Positions 34,250-50,566 of a stretch of DNA of 64,000 bases are shown one piece after another (the first letter of the stretch is position 1; each line of letters begins with the position of its first letter). The DNA comes from the human T2T-CHM13v2.0 reference genome, Homo sapiens, in the NCBI RefSeq assembly GCF_009914755.1, contig NC_060931.1. One strand, given 5' to 3'. The notes under the pieces were generated by a model. The model worked only from the letters and a program-made list of their open reading frames with translations. It was not told where the DNA came from and did no database searches. The translations under genes and the position numbers were made by a program.

Positions 34250-35181
34250 ATATATTCCAATTAGCCAAAGGATGCTTAAAACTCTATTTGTTCATACTGA
34301 TTATTCAGAACCATTATGCAGAGTCATTTATTCTTCTGTGTGAAAAAATATTTCATGTGACAGTCAAATTAGAAAAACTGATGAGTAAAGTTTTATTTAG
34401 TTTACCATTTTTCTATCTCTAAATAGTACATCTGGTGAATATTTGCATTAGCTTTGAGAGAATTTATAGAGATACAGATATTCTAATTTCAAAATACATT
34501 AGTTGATGTTTGGATACTGGGATTGAAAAGATCTATATAAGCATCTTGTAATAATTTATACATTAAATTAGTCATCAAAATGATTATGTGACTATTGCCA
34601 AAATAATTCTCTTAAATAGTTGTTTCTCTCAAAATATTTATAAAAGTGTGATTAAAATCTTTAGGTTTTATTTTAAATATTTTTTCTGCTTTAAGTGCCT
34701 ACAAATAAGCAATTAACCCCCCTCCTTCTTTCCACATTAACACATTATGAGGAATTATTCACAGGGATTAACATTGCATTGGCCACAGTAGTAAAATAAA
34801 TACGACCATTCAACCGATGAATAAAAATACAAACATGGAGTTTTAGTGAAAACTTCCTTTGCTCATTCCTAGAAAGTCTGATTCCTGAGAAAGAAGCTAT
34901 GGAAGGAAAAGGATTATATCAAAAGCATTTACATGGGTTCCTAGAAACCTGGGCAAGATTGATTTTGGTTAAGAAAACATTCTTTCTACAGAATGTTGGG
35001 TGATTCAGAGGGTAGGACAGGTGAAAATAGGATCTGCCAGTAGTAATATAAAAAATCCTGTATATAATTTGCTGTTTCTCTTTCTCATGAAAATAAGTCC
35101 AATCACTGATCTTCTCCTCATCAGTGCTACGATTATGTTAACCACACTCCTGAGAGAGGTCGAGGGTGAAATGCTGAGAGT

Positions 35182-35196
35182 GGGAAACGGAAACTG
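35182..35196. promoter_or_regulatory. ISRE / IRF-ISGF3 consensus motif
   Basis: GGGAAACGGAAACTG fits AGTTTCNNTTTCC; motif match only, function untested. Confidence 0.4.
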
Positions 35197-35766
35197 TGTT
35201 ACTCTCAATCTTTCCTCCACCTGACCTTAAAGCCCCTCCCTCTCCGAAGCAAAGAAAGTCAGACATACCCAGTGGGATGGCTTTAATGAGTATCCAATTC
35301 ATTTGGATCCTCTTCTGTGAGAAAAATGGGAAAGAAACAATAAACCCTATAAGCAGATTTCCCATCAAGCATGATTCATCAGAAAAACAAGAGGAACAAA
35401 CCTTTGAAGGTAATGGCAACAAGGAGGAGGATGGCCCAGGTGGGGCAGTGTGGAAGATCAGGAAGCAATGCAGCAAAGGGTGCTGCCTATGGGGAGGGGG
35501 TTAACTCTGACAGAGGCAGAACCAGGGTTCCCCAGTAGAAGGCAGTCTTGGGGCTGAGTCAAAACTGTGGATAAACAACATCAACAGGTTTGATGCAGAA
35601 AGGCCATCACTGGAGCAGAGATAGCAGAGAATGGTGCTAACTCGGGATTCCAGAGTTGAAACACACTGGGTTAAAAGCACCATTTATTCAACAGTTAGAG
35701 TATGCAAAGTGAGAAAAAAAATTCAAGGAGTTAGAGGGTCATTGTTTGGGCAATGAAAATGCCTGA

Positions 35767-36437
35767 CAGACAACAACAGATGCTGGAGAGGTTGTGGAGA
35801 AATAGGAACACTTTTACACGGTTGGTGGGAGTGTGAGTTAGTTCAACCATTGTGGAAGACAGTGTGGCAATTCCTCAAGGATCTAGAACTAGAAATACCA
35901 TTTGACCCAGCAATCCCATTACTGGGCATATACCCAAAGGATTATAAATCATTCTACAATAAAGACACATGCACACATATGTTTATTATGGCATTATTCA
36001 CAATAGCAAAGACTTGGAACCAACCCAAATGTCCATCAACGATAGACTGGATTAAGAAAATGTGGCACATATACACCATGGAATAGTATGCAGCCATAAA
36101 AAAGGATGAGTTCATGTCCTTTGCAGGGACATGGATGAAGCTGGAAACTATCATTCTCAGCAAACTATCAAAAGATCAGAAAACCAAACACCACATGTTC
36201 TCACTTATAAGTGGGAGTTGAACAATGAGAACACATGGATACAGGGAGGGGAACATCACAACGGGGCCTGTGGGGGGTGGGGAGCTAGGGGAGGGATAAC
36301 ATTAGGAGAAATACCTAATGTAGGTGACGGGTTGATGGGTGCAGCAAACTATCATGGCACATATATAGCTATGTAACAAAACTGCACGTTCTGCATATGT
36401 AACCCAGAACTTAAAGTATAATTTTAAAAAAAGAAAA
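35767..36437 (+). mobile_element. 5'-truncated L1PA (about PA7-PA10), ORF2 C-terminus plus 3'UTR
   Basis: ORF 35850-36086 is the L1 ORF2 tail (WKTVWQFLKDLELEIPFDPAIPLLGIYPK); TSD GAAAATGCCTGA (35755-35766, 36438-36449). Confidence 0.95.
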
Positions 36438-36743
36438 GAAAATGCCTGATGATATGCAACACAATGATGCTCATATGAGGAGATGGGCTTTTCACCTGTA
36501 GATTGCATGAATCCTGTTAACTGCATCAGGGGAACGTATAGAGTAGCAAGTGAAAGATGGGAGGAGGAGCAGACCTGACAGTTGATTTAGAAGGGAACTT
36601 TGTGACTATTTATACAACTTGAAAAGACATAAAGGTTTGGATTTTGATGTCTCATTGAGATGCCTGGTTAAGAATGATGCTCTTATACCCAATACATTTT
36701 GTATAATAAATTTCCTGATTACCATGATTCTGTGGAAAAAGCG

Positions 36744-37050
<307 letters not shown>

Positions 37051-37696
37051 AGAAAAAGCATTTCATAGTTATTTTCATAAATCATTGGGAACATGCAAAC
37101 CCATTTATATTAAATCTAGGATTCATGAGACTACAAAGGGAAGAAAAAAATTAAAACTTTAATGTTCAACTATGCTATAGACAAAGCATATTTTAGAACT
37201 TTGAGTCCTATACCTTGGGGTGTAGTTTAAATACAAGCTCAAGCCATGTGAGGAACCAGATACAGAGAGGGAGTTGGAAGCAGCAGAAAGGCGACCTAGG
37301 AACACATTTTCTCATCCTGAGGTGGCGGGTTGCCTGCCACTCACATGTGCAGCAGATGGCATAAAGGCAGTGAGGGTGGGAGTGGCTGGCACCTCGCAGA
37401 CTGCCAGGCTCCATCTGGGCTCTTGATAAATATTAATTAAATGAATTGAATTCGTCGAAGAGCACTGTCCATGCTGCCAATTATATCAACCAGTCTTTGT
37501 TTTATGTACTGTCCTCATGTCAGCGTGACAGGGTAACTCTGATCGGTCTTTATAAAGACTGAGTGAGATACACAGATAAGCTAACAGAGATGAAACTCAA
37601 AGACATAGCTGTTGTATAGATCCTTCTTTATAAACATATTGTTAAAATCATATCCTAGTAATATTTTGATTCACAATTCATCTGGAAATAAAGCTA

Positions 37697-38002
<306 letters not shown>

Positions 38003-39539
38003 AAAGCTATAATTCTTTAGCAAAATCAATCTCTGTGTTACAGAGACTGGGAGAGCTTCAGATTTTTCTATTGCTTGGTGTGGGGATATGGCAGACAAGG
38101 AGAAAGGAAGCAGCCCAGAATTTGTTCATGAATGGCTCTTATATTTCTGAGTTTCACAATCCATGTAATCTAGAAGTTGTGAAAGTGTTACCTGAGCCCC
38201 TGAAGTGAAAACCATTGAGAGGGACCTGTGTGCCTCTCTTCAGGAAAGAGAAGGTTATAGTGCTGCAGCCTAGATGAAATGAGGGTCATCTGGAAATTAG
38301 CCATCCCCTGGAGGGATGAGGGTTGAGGAGCCATAAAGAAATCTCCATGTTCAAAAACATCCCTAAATTAAGGTGTGTTAATTAAACTTTGTATCAAGAG
38401 AGACCTAAGTTAAAGAGTCATAGGAATACATTTTCTCAGTTATATCAAGGTTACCCATAATGTCTGCCAGCCTCACCAGCTTGTGAGTTCAGATGAGGAT
38501 TCATTAATATTAATGCCCAAATTCCACAGGCTCACTCAAAATGGCAAGACATCACTCTGTCTCCTCGTGCAATGTCTGGAAATGCTGGCCAGTTATTTCT
38601 GGAAGTCCTCATAAGCTATCTCGTAAGTTCACAGCTTCTTTTACACCATTCTTCTTGTTAACAGGTACTGCTAGGCAATGTTCTAAGGGGAGGCACCTGG
38701 TCACTGGCAATTTCCCAGGATTTTTTTTACAAGGACATTGCTAGGCACCAGAGTTAGAGTGACGTCTCTCTCCCTCTATGTACACAGCCAATCTGCTCCA
38801 AAACTGCACAATTAGCACCTGGGCCCCTCAGAAATACAGCTACCACTAGTTTTGGTGTGTCAGACCCAGCCCTGGGCACAGATGAGGAATTCTGGCTTCT
38901 CCTCCTTACCCTTCAGGAATGAGGATAAACATTGCTCCCCCAGGATAGCATTGCGTCATTTCTGGAGTGTCTTAGGATTGCCATCTTTAGGTTCTCATAA
39001 TTCTCTATACTTCTAACATTGCGCTTTGGGATTTTACTTATATTACATATCTATCTACCTTCCCTCCTGTAAATTCTTTATTTTTAATGGCAGAGCATTG
39101 TATGTCTTGTATATCACAGTATTCCCTAGAAGGGCTACCATATTGCACACATCCAGTGGGCACTATTGGCATGCAATTCTCTGACACTGAGCAGCAAAAT
39201 CCCCATTCCGCAACATCATTAAAACTTGGTAAGTGCTTAAGTAATTTTGAATAAGTAATTCATGTCATGCATTTCTCCGTCTTTCCTACAACTTTACTTA
39301 AAATCCATGAATAGAACCTCTGTGTTCTATTCAATTCCAAGAACATAATACAGTACAGTATAACATAATCTCTTTTGTACTGGGGGAAACTGATGATGAA
39401 GCAAGTGCTACTCAGAAGAGGATATAATTTCCATCAACCCAGTTCAAATATCCATACAAGATAGAGACATGATAAAGATGTGAATAGTAGAGAAGATATA
39501 AAAGTTTGGGCTGAGGAAGAAACAAGGGGACGTGGACAT

Positions 39540-39850
39540 GTATTCATTCAGTTATTCCACAAATACTCACTGAGCACCAACTCTATAGGTGCTGTTCTAG
39601 ATGCAGGGAACACAGGGTTGTATGAAACAAAATAAACAGTGAGTTAGTAAATAAATGACAAAGAAGGTCAATATTTAAATAATAAGTATTATAAAAAATG
39701 CAGGAGAGCCACAGGATACAACATGATAGAGGCATGTGTTTATCTAATACAATTTGATCGGGGATTGACCTCTCTGAATAATGAAGAATGAGTATATAAA
39801 GATACTGAAAAATAATTACAGGAAAGGAAACACCATCCCAAGGCAAATCA
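39540..39850 (-). mobile_element. L2 3' fragment
   Basis: ATTCATTCA..AAATACTCACTGAGCACCAACTCT..GTGCTGTTCTAGATGCAGGGAA. Confidence 0.7.
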
Positions 39851-40019
39851 GGTAATACTAGTTATTCTTGAGTTTATTGGATGAAACAAAGAAAATGGAT
39901 GATAAAGGTATAATATAAAAATAAGACTTAGGGCTGTGTTGAATTCACTAATACACATTCATCTTACGAATATTGGCACTTTACAAACAGTAGAAAACTG
40001 AAGTTCTATGTACTCTGCT

Positions 40020-40572
<553 letters not shown>

Positions 40573-40952
40573 TTAGACATAAGGAGAACTATGATTTTTA
40601 AAATTTAAATTATTTAAATAATTACTTATTGTCAATTATTTGGTTTTCCTCATTGAAAAACATTAATAATATAATTACTTGTATTCTTTTCCTTATTGTG
40701 TGCTGTGTAACTGAAATGTTTGTGTAAGAAATAAGTATAAAAGAGTGTAATCAATGCAATTTTTACCTTTCTCACAGTTGTTGACATCATTTGGCATCAC
40801 AAAGTTAGCTATGGTAGTTGATGTCAACTATGGCACCCAAATAATTGGGTCAACTTTACTTTGAGTAAATAATAATTTATGAATTTTTATCAGCTATAAC
40901 TTTAATGTTAGTCAAATATGCTTGTAATGCTTTCTGAGAAAAGAAACAATAG

Positions 40953-41317
<365 letters not shown>

Positions 41318-42666
41318 ATATTTTTAAAGTATTAATAAGTGTAGTAGTAGATGAAACCCTAAAAGAGAATATTAAAAATAGAATCAGCATCTTGTACAGC
41401 ACCTCCCCCACAAGATAATAATGTATTACAAAGAGTAATTTTTGATAGTTTTTCTGGATACTTCTTGGAATTCTTCCCTTGGGCAATGTTAACATTGAAA
41501 CATCAACAGGGTTATTAATGAAAGTATCCAAAGCAGTGAACAAATAGAGTCAACTTAATTCATAGAATAGTTACATTAATTTCATTTATTAAAAGTTTGG
41601 CTATTATTTGTACACACTCATACATCACAGCTCAGTGAATGAAAATCTGGTTCCCAAACTGCTGCTTGTCCTGAAACTGCTATTTTTCCTTAAACATTTT
41701 TTAAAACTTTGCTTCCACTTTTGTTTATTTAAATTTACTAGTAACAATGGTGCCACCTATCCATCTGCTCTTGGCATGTTTTCTGCTATGTACAAATAAT
41801 TCTGTCCAAGTGCTTTATCCCAACCAAAGCCATGTTAGTAGAAATGATAAATTTAACAGGTATGCATGGTAATAGTTGGAAAAACACTGACTTGGGAAGA
41901 TCACAACTAGAAAAGAATTTTAATGCTAAAAGCCACTCTGAATGTTCCAGTGGGCAGTGCCAAGCAGAAGCACAGAAGATGACAGATGGTAAATATATTC
42001 TCACCAACTGACAATTGCAATTTCCTTGGCCAATGATTCCCTAAGTCATGCAGTTTCCAGGTCAAATAGACTTCATTCTACTTCTATGCTTAAAAAATAT
42101 ATATAATTATATTTAATGAAGAAATGTTTTGAGCTACTAGAGGGTATCTTGGTAGGCATAATGAAAATATAAACAATTATTAAATATTTTAAGACACTGA
42201 AAAATCTATTTGATCATACATATTGTGTCATACTATTCTTGAATGTTTTGAGTATTATAGAAACCTCAGCTAATGCCTTTAGTCTTCGGAAAAAATATTT
42301 TTCCACAATGGAAACTAAAACACAAAATCATTTGGTACTATCTTGCAAAATTACATGTTTTTATGGGAATTAAAATTAGATCAATGATTAAAATGTCTAA
42401 GAGGCAATTATTATATCCAGCTTTTGCTGTATGCATTATATAAATTATAAAAAAAAAACAGTGAGTTTCTCTAGACTGGTATGAATTAGATTATTTAAAA
42501 TAGGTATCACTCTGCTTTCTTTTACTATTGCTATGTTACAGAAATGGAATTCTTTATTCTAACATTAGTAAAGAGCATCACCTGCTCACCTAGAAAAATA
42601 TGATCATTGGCTGCTGTTCAGATATGTAACACATTGAAATGCTGACAGTGCTGGCTAGTCCAACAC

Positions 42667-42788
42667 AACAATCTTTCTCCATTTCAATTATACTATTACA
42701 CGGCAGTCAACATTTTAGAGTCTGTAACAATCTTTCTTCATTTCAATTATACTATTACATGGCAGTCAACATTTTAGAGTAAACAATC
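42667..42788. repeat. 59-bp period tandem duplication
   Basis: AACAATCTTTCT...CATTTTAGAGT at 42667-42721 and 42726-42780, two mismatches. Confidence 0.95.
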
Positions 42789-43369
42789 CCTCTAAAAATA
42801 GGGTGTATCCAAAGGAAATTGACCTACCCTGTACAGAGGGTCGAGACCGTCATGTTGAAAGGCATCTACTCTCCCAAGACTGGCAGGATTTCCTATGCCA
42901 TTTTTTTTCCTTCATTCGCTCTGAGAATAGGACTGAGAAGTTTTGCCAGATAAAAATCTCACTGAGGCTTTGATGCTAATAGTTTTCAGTTCCTAATTTA
43001 CATTAAACTGTAGCTCTGCCAGCTTCAAAAGTACAACTGAGTACAAAGCCAGATGACCTTAAATAACTCCAAGAATGAGCAGTCACCTGTGCATTACTAA
43101 TTTACATACTAAACTCCAGAGCTGCTTAAAAATTTTAGAAAGAAAATAATTTAATAATTTGCCTATGACATGATCCCATGTAGTACCAAAGCTGATAATG
43201 TAGATCAGAATATAGATAGGACTGCCTCAATACGTGTATCTGTGCTATCTTATTAATCCAATAATTGCCAAATTTCCACATAATTTCCATTCCACTCCAA
43301 ACTATAGTATCAATAAAGGTTAATTGGATTCCATTTTCTTATTTTATCTGTTAGTTTGAGGGAGAGATA

Positions 43370-43864
43370 TGTCACCCTGAATGTTAGTGGCTTAAAACAA
43401 CAACTATTTTTTGGCTCACAATTCATCAGGCTGCAATATGGGCTGGATTTCATGAGTGGCTCTTCCAAAGAGCTGAGTTAATCTCACGCATTCATCAGCT
43501 ATTACCTAGAAACTGATTGGGGCTGGCTAATCTAGAATGATCTCATTCATAGTCTCAATGGCTGGCTGGTAGCTGGCTAGTACAACAGTGGTGACTGGGT
43601 CATGGGTCTCTCTTCATCCAGCAGACTGGTCCGGGCTTACTCATGTAGTGGTTGCAGAGTTCCATGAGCAACAAGAAAAAAAACAATCCCCAAAGCATAA
43701 GCATTTCCAAGTTTCTGTTCATTTGCTATTGTCCCATTCACTAAAACAAGTCACATGGCCAACCCCAGCATTAGAGTGGGTGAGTACTCAGGATTATAGG
43801 GCAAAGACAGTGTGGATACCAGGGAGAAGAATGATTCATAGCTATATTATATGCAGTCTATCAT
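43370..43864 (-). mobile_element. MLT1-family MaLR LTR (old)
   Basis: TTAGTGGCTTAAAACAACA..GCTCACAATTC...GTCCCATT..AAACAAGTCACATGGCCAA. Confidence 0.75.
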
Positions 43865-44723
43865 ACTTATTAACTGTGGTCAGTTTAACATATAGAAGTG
43901 AGCTGAGCTCTGAGTTTACTGCTTTAGCAATGTTTACTGGAAAACAAGGCCAAAAACTGCTATAATATTCAGCTTTCAGTAGGTCAAAAATTCAGATGAA
44001 TAACTTAATCTACCAATTTAACATTGACTAATGTTGATTGAGCATTTACTGTGTACAATATATGAGCATTTTACCCACATTTTTTCATTTGACTTAGAAA
44101 AGGGAGTATGGTATTTATGAGTGTAGACTTGAAGTCAGACTGCCTGTGTTCAGTCCTAGGGGATCCAAATACTCTGAAGATATATTTACTTCCTTTTCAA
44201 TATTCTATGGAAGGATCTTAACTTCTTGCTCTGAGCTGAACTTGTTTACTTCCTGGAAGCTCTTATTTCTATCAAGTAACAGATTGACCTTTTGCTGAAA
44301 AGAAGATAAATGTAAATATAACAAAAAAAATTAAACAGACACATTCTGAAAATCAATATCTGTTAAATCATGGGTCAAAGAAGCCAAAAATTTCTATTAA
44401 ATGAGACATCTTGGCAAGGTACATCAAAATAGTTCTTATATTTACACATTCTATAATAGCAACTGACATTAATTTTTCACCTGACATATGAAATTGTCTT
44501 TTGTTGTCTCCATGTGTTTCCTGACCAAAATATCTTTTTCTTAGCTGCCACACATCTTAATGTGTCACCTTCTTTATTGTTCAGCTCATGTGATTTTCAT
44601 TATCTATCCCTGGTATTGCAACAATACCTCTTCAATCCTGACTACCACACTGACACCAACGTCCTAAAGTGAATGGAACAAGGTGCTACACTATTCCTGC
44701 TTCTAGCTACTTATATCCGCTAA

Positions 44724-45042
44724 TGTGGAGCGGTCCAGGGAGAAACTCTGACCAGCCTGACCACTGGGAAAACAGTGTGGAGCCTCAGAAAGTTCACCCA
44801 GATTGCAGGAGGGAGGAGCTTGGCCTCTCCTATTCCAGGGTGGGAACTGGGATTCAATCTGTGAGGCGGGAGGCCAGCCAGCAGGACTCAGGCTTTGCAG
44901 AGAGTCCCTGTTTCCCTTTTTTTCCTTTTCACCAAATAAATTCCATGTTTCTCACCCTTCAAAGTGTCTGTGAACCTAACATCTCATGGCCATGGGACAA
45001 AGACCCCGTCTTTTGCTGAACAAAGGAGGAAATCCTACAACA
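44724..45042 (+). mobile_element. MER61-like (ERV1) solo LTR
   Basis: GAGAAACTCTGACCAGCCTG...AATAAA...GCTGAACAAAGGAGGAAATCCTACAACA; 4-bp TSD CTAA. Confidence 0.8.
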
Positions 45043-45104
45043 CTAATATATGTTAGTAGTGATGATTCTCCTGGCTGAATGTCTTGAGGTAATATAAACT
45101 GTAG

Positions 45105-45576
<472 letters not shown>

Positions 45577-47629
45577 GAGATATGCTGATTCTAACCCAAC
45601 TTCCTTATCATCACATTTGAATGCTAGAAATTAGAGATTCTGCCTACAATTCGAAAGATCTGCTCAGGAATATAACCTTTTAAAATGGAAGTAACTTTGG
45701 TTTAGGATCTGTTTACCAAGTTGAGTGTTACAGAAGACTGTTGTTTTCTCACTTCATTAGAAAGGGTATTGCTCATCTACTTTAAGGTCCAAAAGTAGTT
45801 TTCCACTTTTACTCAGGAGTGGTACATTCCAGCCCCACCAGATCCTAGGTGACAAAAATGGCCTCACAAAAATGCACTGGGAACCATGAGCATCGCAATT
45901 TGGAAAACTGGACTGGCTACACAGGTCCAACTCGGCCACCAGAAAGCATTGAAAGAACAGTTTCAAAAATTTCTGTAATATTCTTCATCCTAATCAGTTT
46001 TTTATTGGACATCCTAAATAGACATAACATGGAAAACTCTGCTTTTTCTTATTTTGTAAAAGGAGAAAGAAGGTAGAAGTTGATACCCGAGATTTACCAA
46101 TAACCAATGCTCTCCTGGTAATGACCTCAGAGAAACACAGTATCTGTGGATCTGCAGGAGGCCTGGGCCAATGAATCCCAGCTCCACTGCTCCCAGGAGC
46201 AAATTACAAGTCAAAGTGATTCATGGGCATCAATATTCTTGCAGGCAAACAAGGGGTTTTGGAACATGGAGATTTTGGTGTTAATGTCAACACACAACAT
46301 CAGCAGTGGCTGGAATAATAAGGCTTGAGTCCATGTTGCATAGAGATAAAGAAACTGAGGCTCCTGTCACAGCTCTAAATTAAAAATCGTATTAATGAAA
46401 TGATAAAATAAGTAAAAATTGATATCTTTATTATTATTCCGAATTAACAAACACTGTTGTGGATGAGTCTAAACATCAGTGTAAATTGTTACCAGATTTT
46501 TCTTCTTTCTACCTGAAAGCACATAAAATATGCTTTTTAAATGTGTACAATATGGTTTAATAAATTTGGATTCCTGCTCCATTCTTTCTCCTCCCTTTAG
46601 CTCTTGGCTGACCTAACTGGGACTGGAGCCACTCCCTTCATTTTCCAGCAGAGAACATATTTATTCTTCTAACTTACGGTAGCCTGAGGTTTCTAATCAA
46701 ATCCAAGGATTTAGGATTTAGCTTGAAGGCATCACCACAACACATTACAGTACAGATAAGTTGCTTTAAGTGTCACTCTCTATAAAGTTTCTAGAATACA
46801 TTAATAATTGAGGCTATTTTCTCAAAGTTCTGATTGTTTTAACAGTTTCAACTGATATTTAATCAAATGCTATTTTTAAATTAACATTATTATTTATTTT
46901 ATTTTATCCATATTTCTTTTTAAATCAGTACTTGGATAAATAAAATTCCTTCCCCATGGCATAAATTCAACTCAATTTGTTGAACAAATAGAGACTCTGT
47001 TTTGGGGAATATGTAGAAATCCAGGTACTAGAGAGAAAGAATTGTGCTCTCTATTTATTTACACTAGAATGTTTTACATATAATGGAAGTTCAGTAAACT
47101 ACTACCGAATTGAACTAAAGCATATTTTTATTTCTGCTTTTAAAATATTTTCAAAAACTAGACTATAGGTTTAGATAGGCTAACAATTTATGTAGATATC
47201 AATAGTCCTGACTTCAAAATAAGTGTTAAAGAAGCTCAGTGGCAGCAAAAAAATGTGAGATGATTTCAGAATACCCTTCCACCTGTCAGACAGGATAAGA
47301 CACATGCTAAATATGGAGAAACAGCCAGTGATTTGTTACTCTGGTGATGGATCCATGGATATTTGAAAAAGTATAAACCTGGGGCCAGATGAAAATAAAA
47401 AAAAAAAGCATAGATAGCACCAAAATTTTGCTTAGCCATGTCTAAAAGATGTAAAAAATGAAGAATATTTTAATATTGGTGGAATTGGAGGAAGGATTCA
47501 AAAGCAGATAGGTAAATGGTACCAGGAGATTAGAAGACTGGGATGCAAAAGTGGATAATTCAGCCATTTAGAGAAGATTACAAGGACATGAAGCTCAGTC
47601 ACTGTAGGAATCTCTAAATTGGGTTGATA

Positions 47630-47820
47630 TTGTGAAAAGAGCATGAGCATTAGAATTAGACAGACCTGGAATTTAATCTTGTCTGTGGCTTTTAGCACAT
47701 TAAATAATGTGTTTAAGCCTCAGTTTATTTCAAAAGTTGGAACAATGACATTAAATATGTTTGAAATATCTAGGACAGTACCTTTCACATTGTAGAGGCT
47801 CAGTAAATACTAATATGTAT
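47630..47820 (+). mobile_element. MIR fragment
   Basis: AAGAGCATGAGC..AGACAGACCTGG..AAGCCTCAGTTT..GCTCAGTAAATA. Confidence 0.65.
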
Positions 47821-48053
47821 ATTCTTATGAATCCATAATGAGTAGATGTATAAGCTGTAACACCGTTCCATGGAGAATCAAGGTCAAAGGAAAGTATCCT
47901 CTAGGACAGATAGATTGTGATATGGTATACCAAGATGACCTTGAGTTCTGAGGAACCAGGACCAAGACTATTAACTGCTGAGACAGACAGCAGTTATCTA
48001 CTTGGAAAGTTTGGTACAGTATATGAATGTCCTTATTTTCCCAGTTAAACAGA

Positions 48054-48134
48054 TTTTTTTTTAGATGGAGTCTTGCTCTGTCGCCCAGGCTAGAATGCAG
48101 CGGTGTTACCTCGGCTCACTGAAAGCTCCGCCTC
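48054..48134 (-). mobile_element. Alu right-arm fragment followed by (TTA)n
   Basis: GATGGAGTCTTGCTCTGTCGCCCAGG...AAGCTCCGCCTC then abrupt end. Confidence 0.9.
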
Positions 48135-48169
48135 TCTTATTATTATTATTATATTATTATTATATTACC

Positions 48170-48720
48170 CAAATAAATATGTAATTGCAAACTGAGATTT
48201 AAAGATCTATAATTGAAATTAATATACTTTTTAAAAGACTATGAGGGAGACTCAATTGAAACTGGAAAGTCAAGGAAGTTCATTCTGAGGAAGCGAATTT
48301 AGACTGATATCGAAAGGACAAAAAGGCAAAGAATCTCAGAAAGTAGACTATTCCGGTAGAGGACTCACATTTAAGGAGTCTTTGCAGTAGGAAATGGATG
48401 GAGGAGCAGTGTGGCTGGCTGGCACATAATGACCATGGGTCAAGTAGAGACATGAATTTGGAAGGGTCATGTTAGTCAGGAAATGTCTGGGTTTTACTTT
48501 AAATGCAATGGGAAGCTATTAAAAGCTTTAAAGATGAAAGACCTATTAAAATTCCAACATTAAGTAATAGACTGGCAACTTAACAATGTTGAAAGGTTGA
48601 CTGGAGGAAGAAATCGTGAATTTGAGGCTTCTAGGCTTAAGTAGTCCAGACAAGCAATGAGGGTGGCTTGGATGAGGGTATTGACAAAAAATGGATGGTA
48701 GTGGTCAGATTTCAGGTGCC
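48170..48720 (-). mobile_element. L2 fragment
   Basis: GTCAAGGAAG..TCTGAGGAAG; GCAATGGGAAGCTATT; AGTCCAGACAAG..ATGAGGGTGGCTTGGA. Confidence 0.6.
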
Positions 48721-48793
48721 CTTGGGAAAGTTAGATTATTTGAGCTTCACTTTTATCCACATTAAATGAGTGTAACAGTAGATATTTAATTGA

Positions 48794-49490
<697 letters not shown>

Positions 49491-50566
49491 TCAATGTTAC
49501 CTTTGACATACATTCAGATATTTTTCCTGGTTTGGGGCTCTTTTAAATAATGCTTCTATGAACGCTCTTGAACAAGTTGTGTGATGCATATATGTGTGCA
49601 GTTCCCTTGGGTGTATGTCTAGGAATGGAATTGTTGGGTGTGTGTATTTGTAGCGTTAGCAAATATTGCCAAACAGTTTTTCAGCCTAATTTTCATCTTT
49701 TTACATTCCTATTGGCAGTGTATAAAAAGTATTATAGTTTAAATCTGCACCAACTTATCATGGCCTTTTTCAAATTTAGCCATTCTTTTAGGTGCTTAAT
49801 GATGATACATGGTAGTTTAAGTCTGAATTATTTGATGAGTAATGATGTTAAAAATCACTTTTTAAATATTTTAAATGAACATTTGGATATCATCTTTTGT
49901 CATGTACCTAATCAATCATTTATTCTTTTTTCCTTTAAACTAGAGATTCTGTTTGTTTTTTTTCTCATTGGTTTGTGGGAGTTTTTTGTGTATGCATTAT
50001 GAATACAAGCCTTTGGCAGATTGATATATTGCCACATCTTCAACTCTGAGGCTTTTTCAGTTTTGGTGATATCTTTTGACGAACTGAAATATTTAATTTT
50101 AGTGAGGTTGAATTTATTAATTTTTTGTTAATTTGTAGTGCTTTTAGGTCCTGCTTAAGAAATGTTTGCTTACTTCAAATAAGAAAGAAAGCTACTCTCC
50201 CATCTTAATAAAGTTTTAAAAACGTATTGTTTACCTTTTACATTTAGGTCTGCAAACATTTGAAATTGACTTTTGTGTATGGTGTATGCTGGAGATAAAG
50301 TTTATTTCATTTTTCCATGTGAATATCCAACTGAATCAATGCCATGCATTGAAAAGACTACTTTTCTCCATTGTATTGCAGTGGCACTTTTTGTAAGACA
50401 GCTGACTCTGTAAGTGAAAGTCTGTTGCTGAACTCTATTCTGGCCTATTTGTCTTGCTTGCACCAATAATAGAATGTTTAAAATAAGTCTAGATATCCAA
50501 TGATATATACCAGTGAATATTACTCTACTTTGAGAATAGATTGACTATTCTTGAATTCTGATATGG

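Noticed and set aside
35000-35683. Cluster of ORFs on both strands
   Set aside because: No recognisable protein; consistent with locally higher GC content.
35850-36086. 78-aa ORF with real protein similarity
   Set aside because: L1 ORF2 C-terminus in a 5'-truncated copy with a premature stop; not functional.
37214-37295. Possible 82-nt minus-strand exon
   Set aside because: Poor pyrimidine tract and no recognisable peptide.
49568-50002. 144-aa hydrophobic ORF
   Set aside because: Antisense reading of T-rich old L1.
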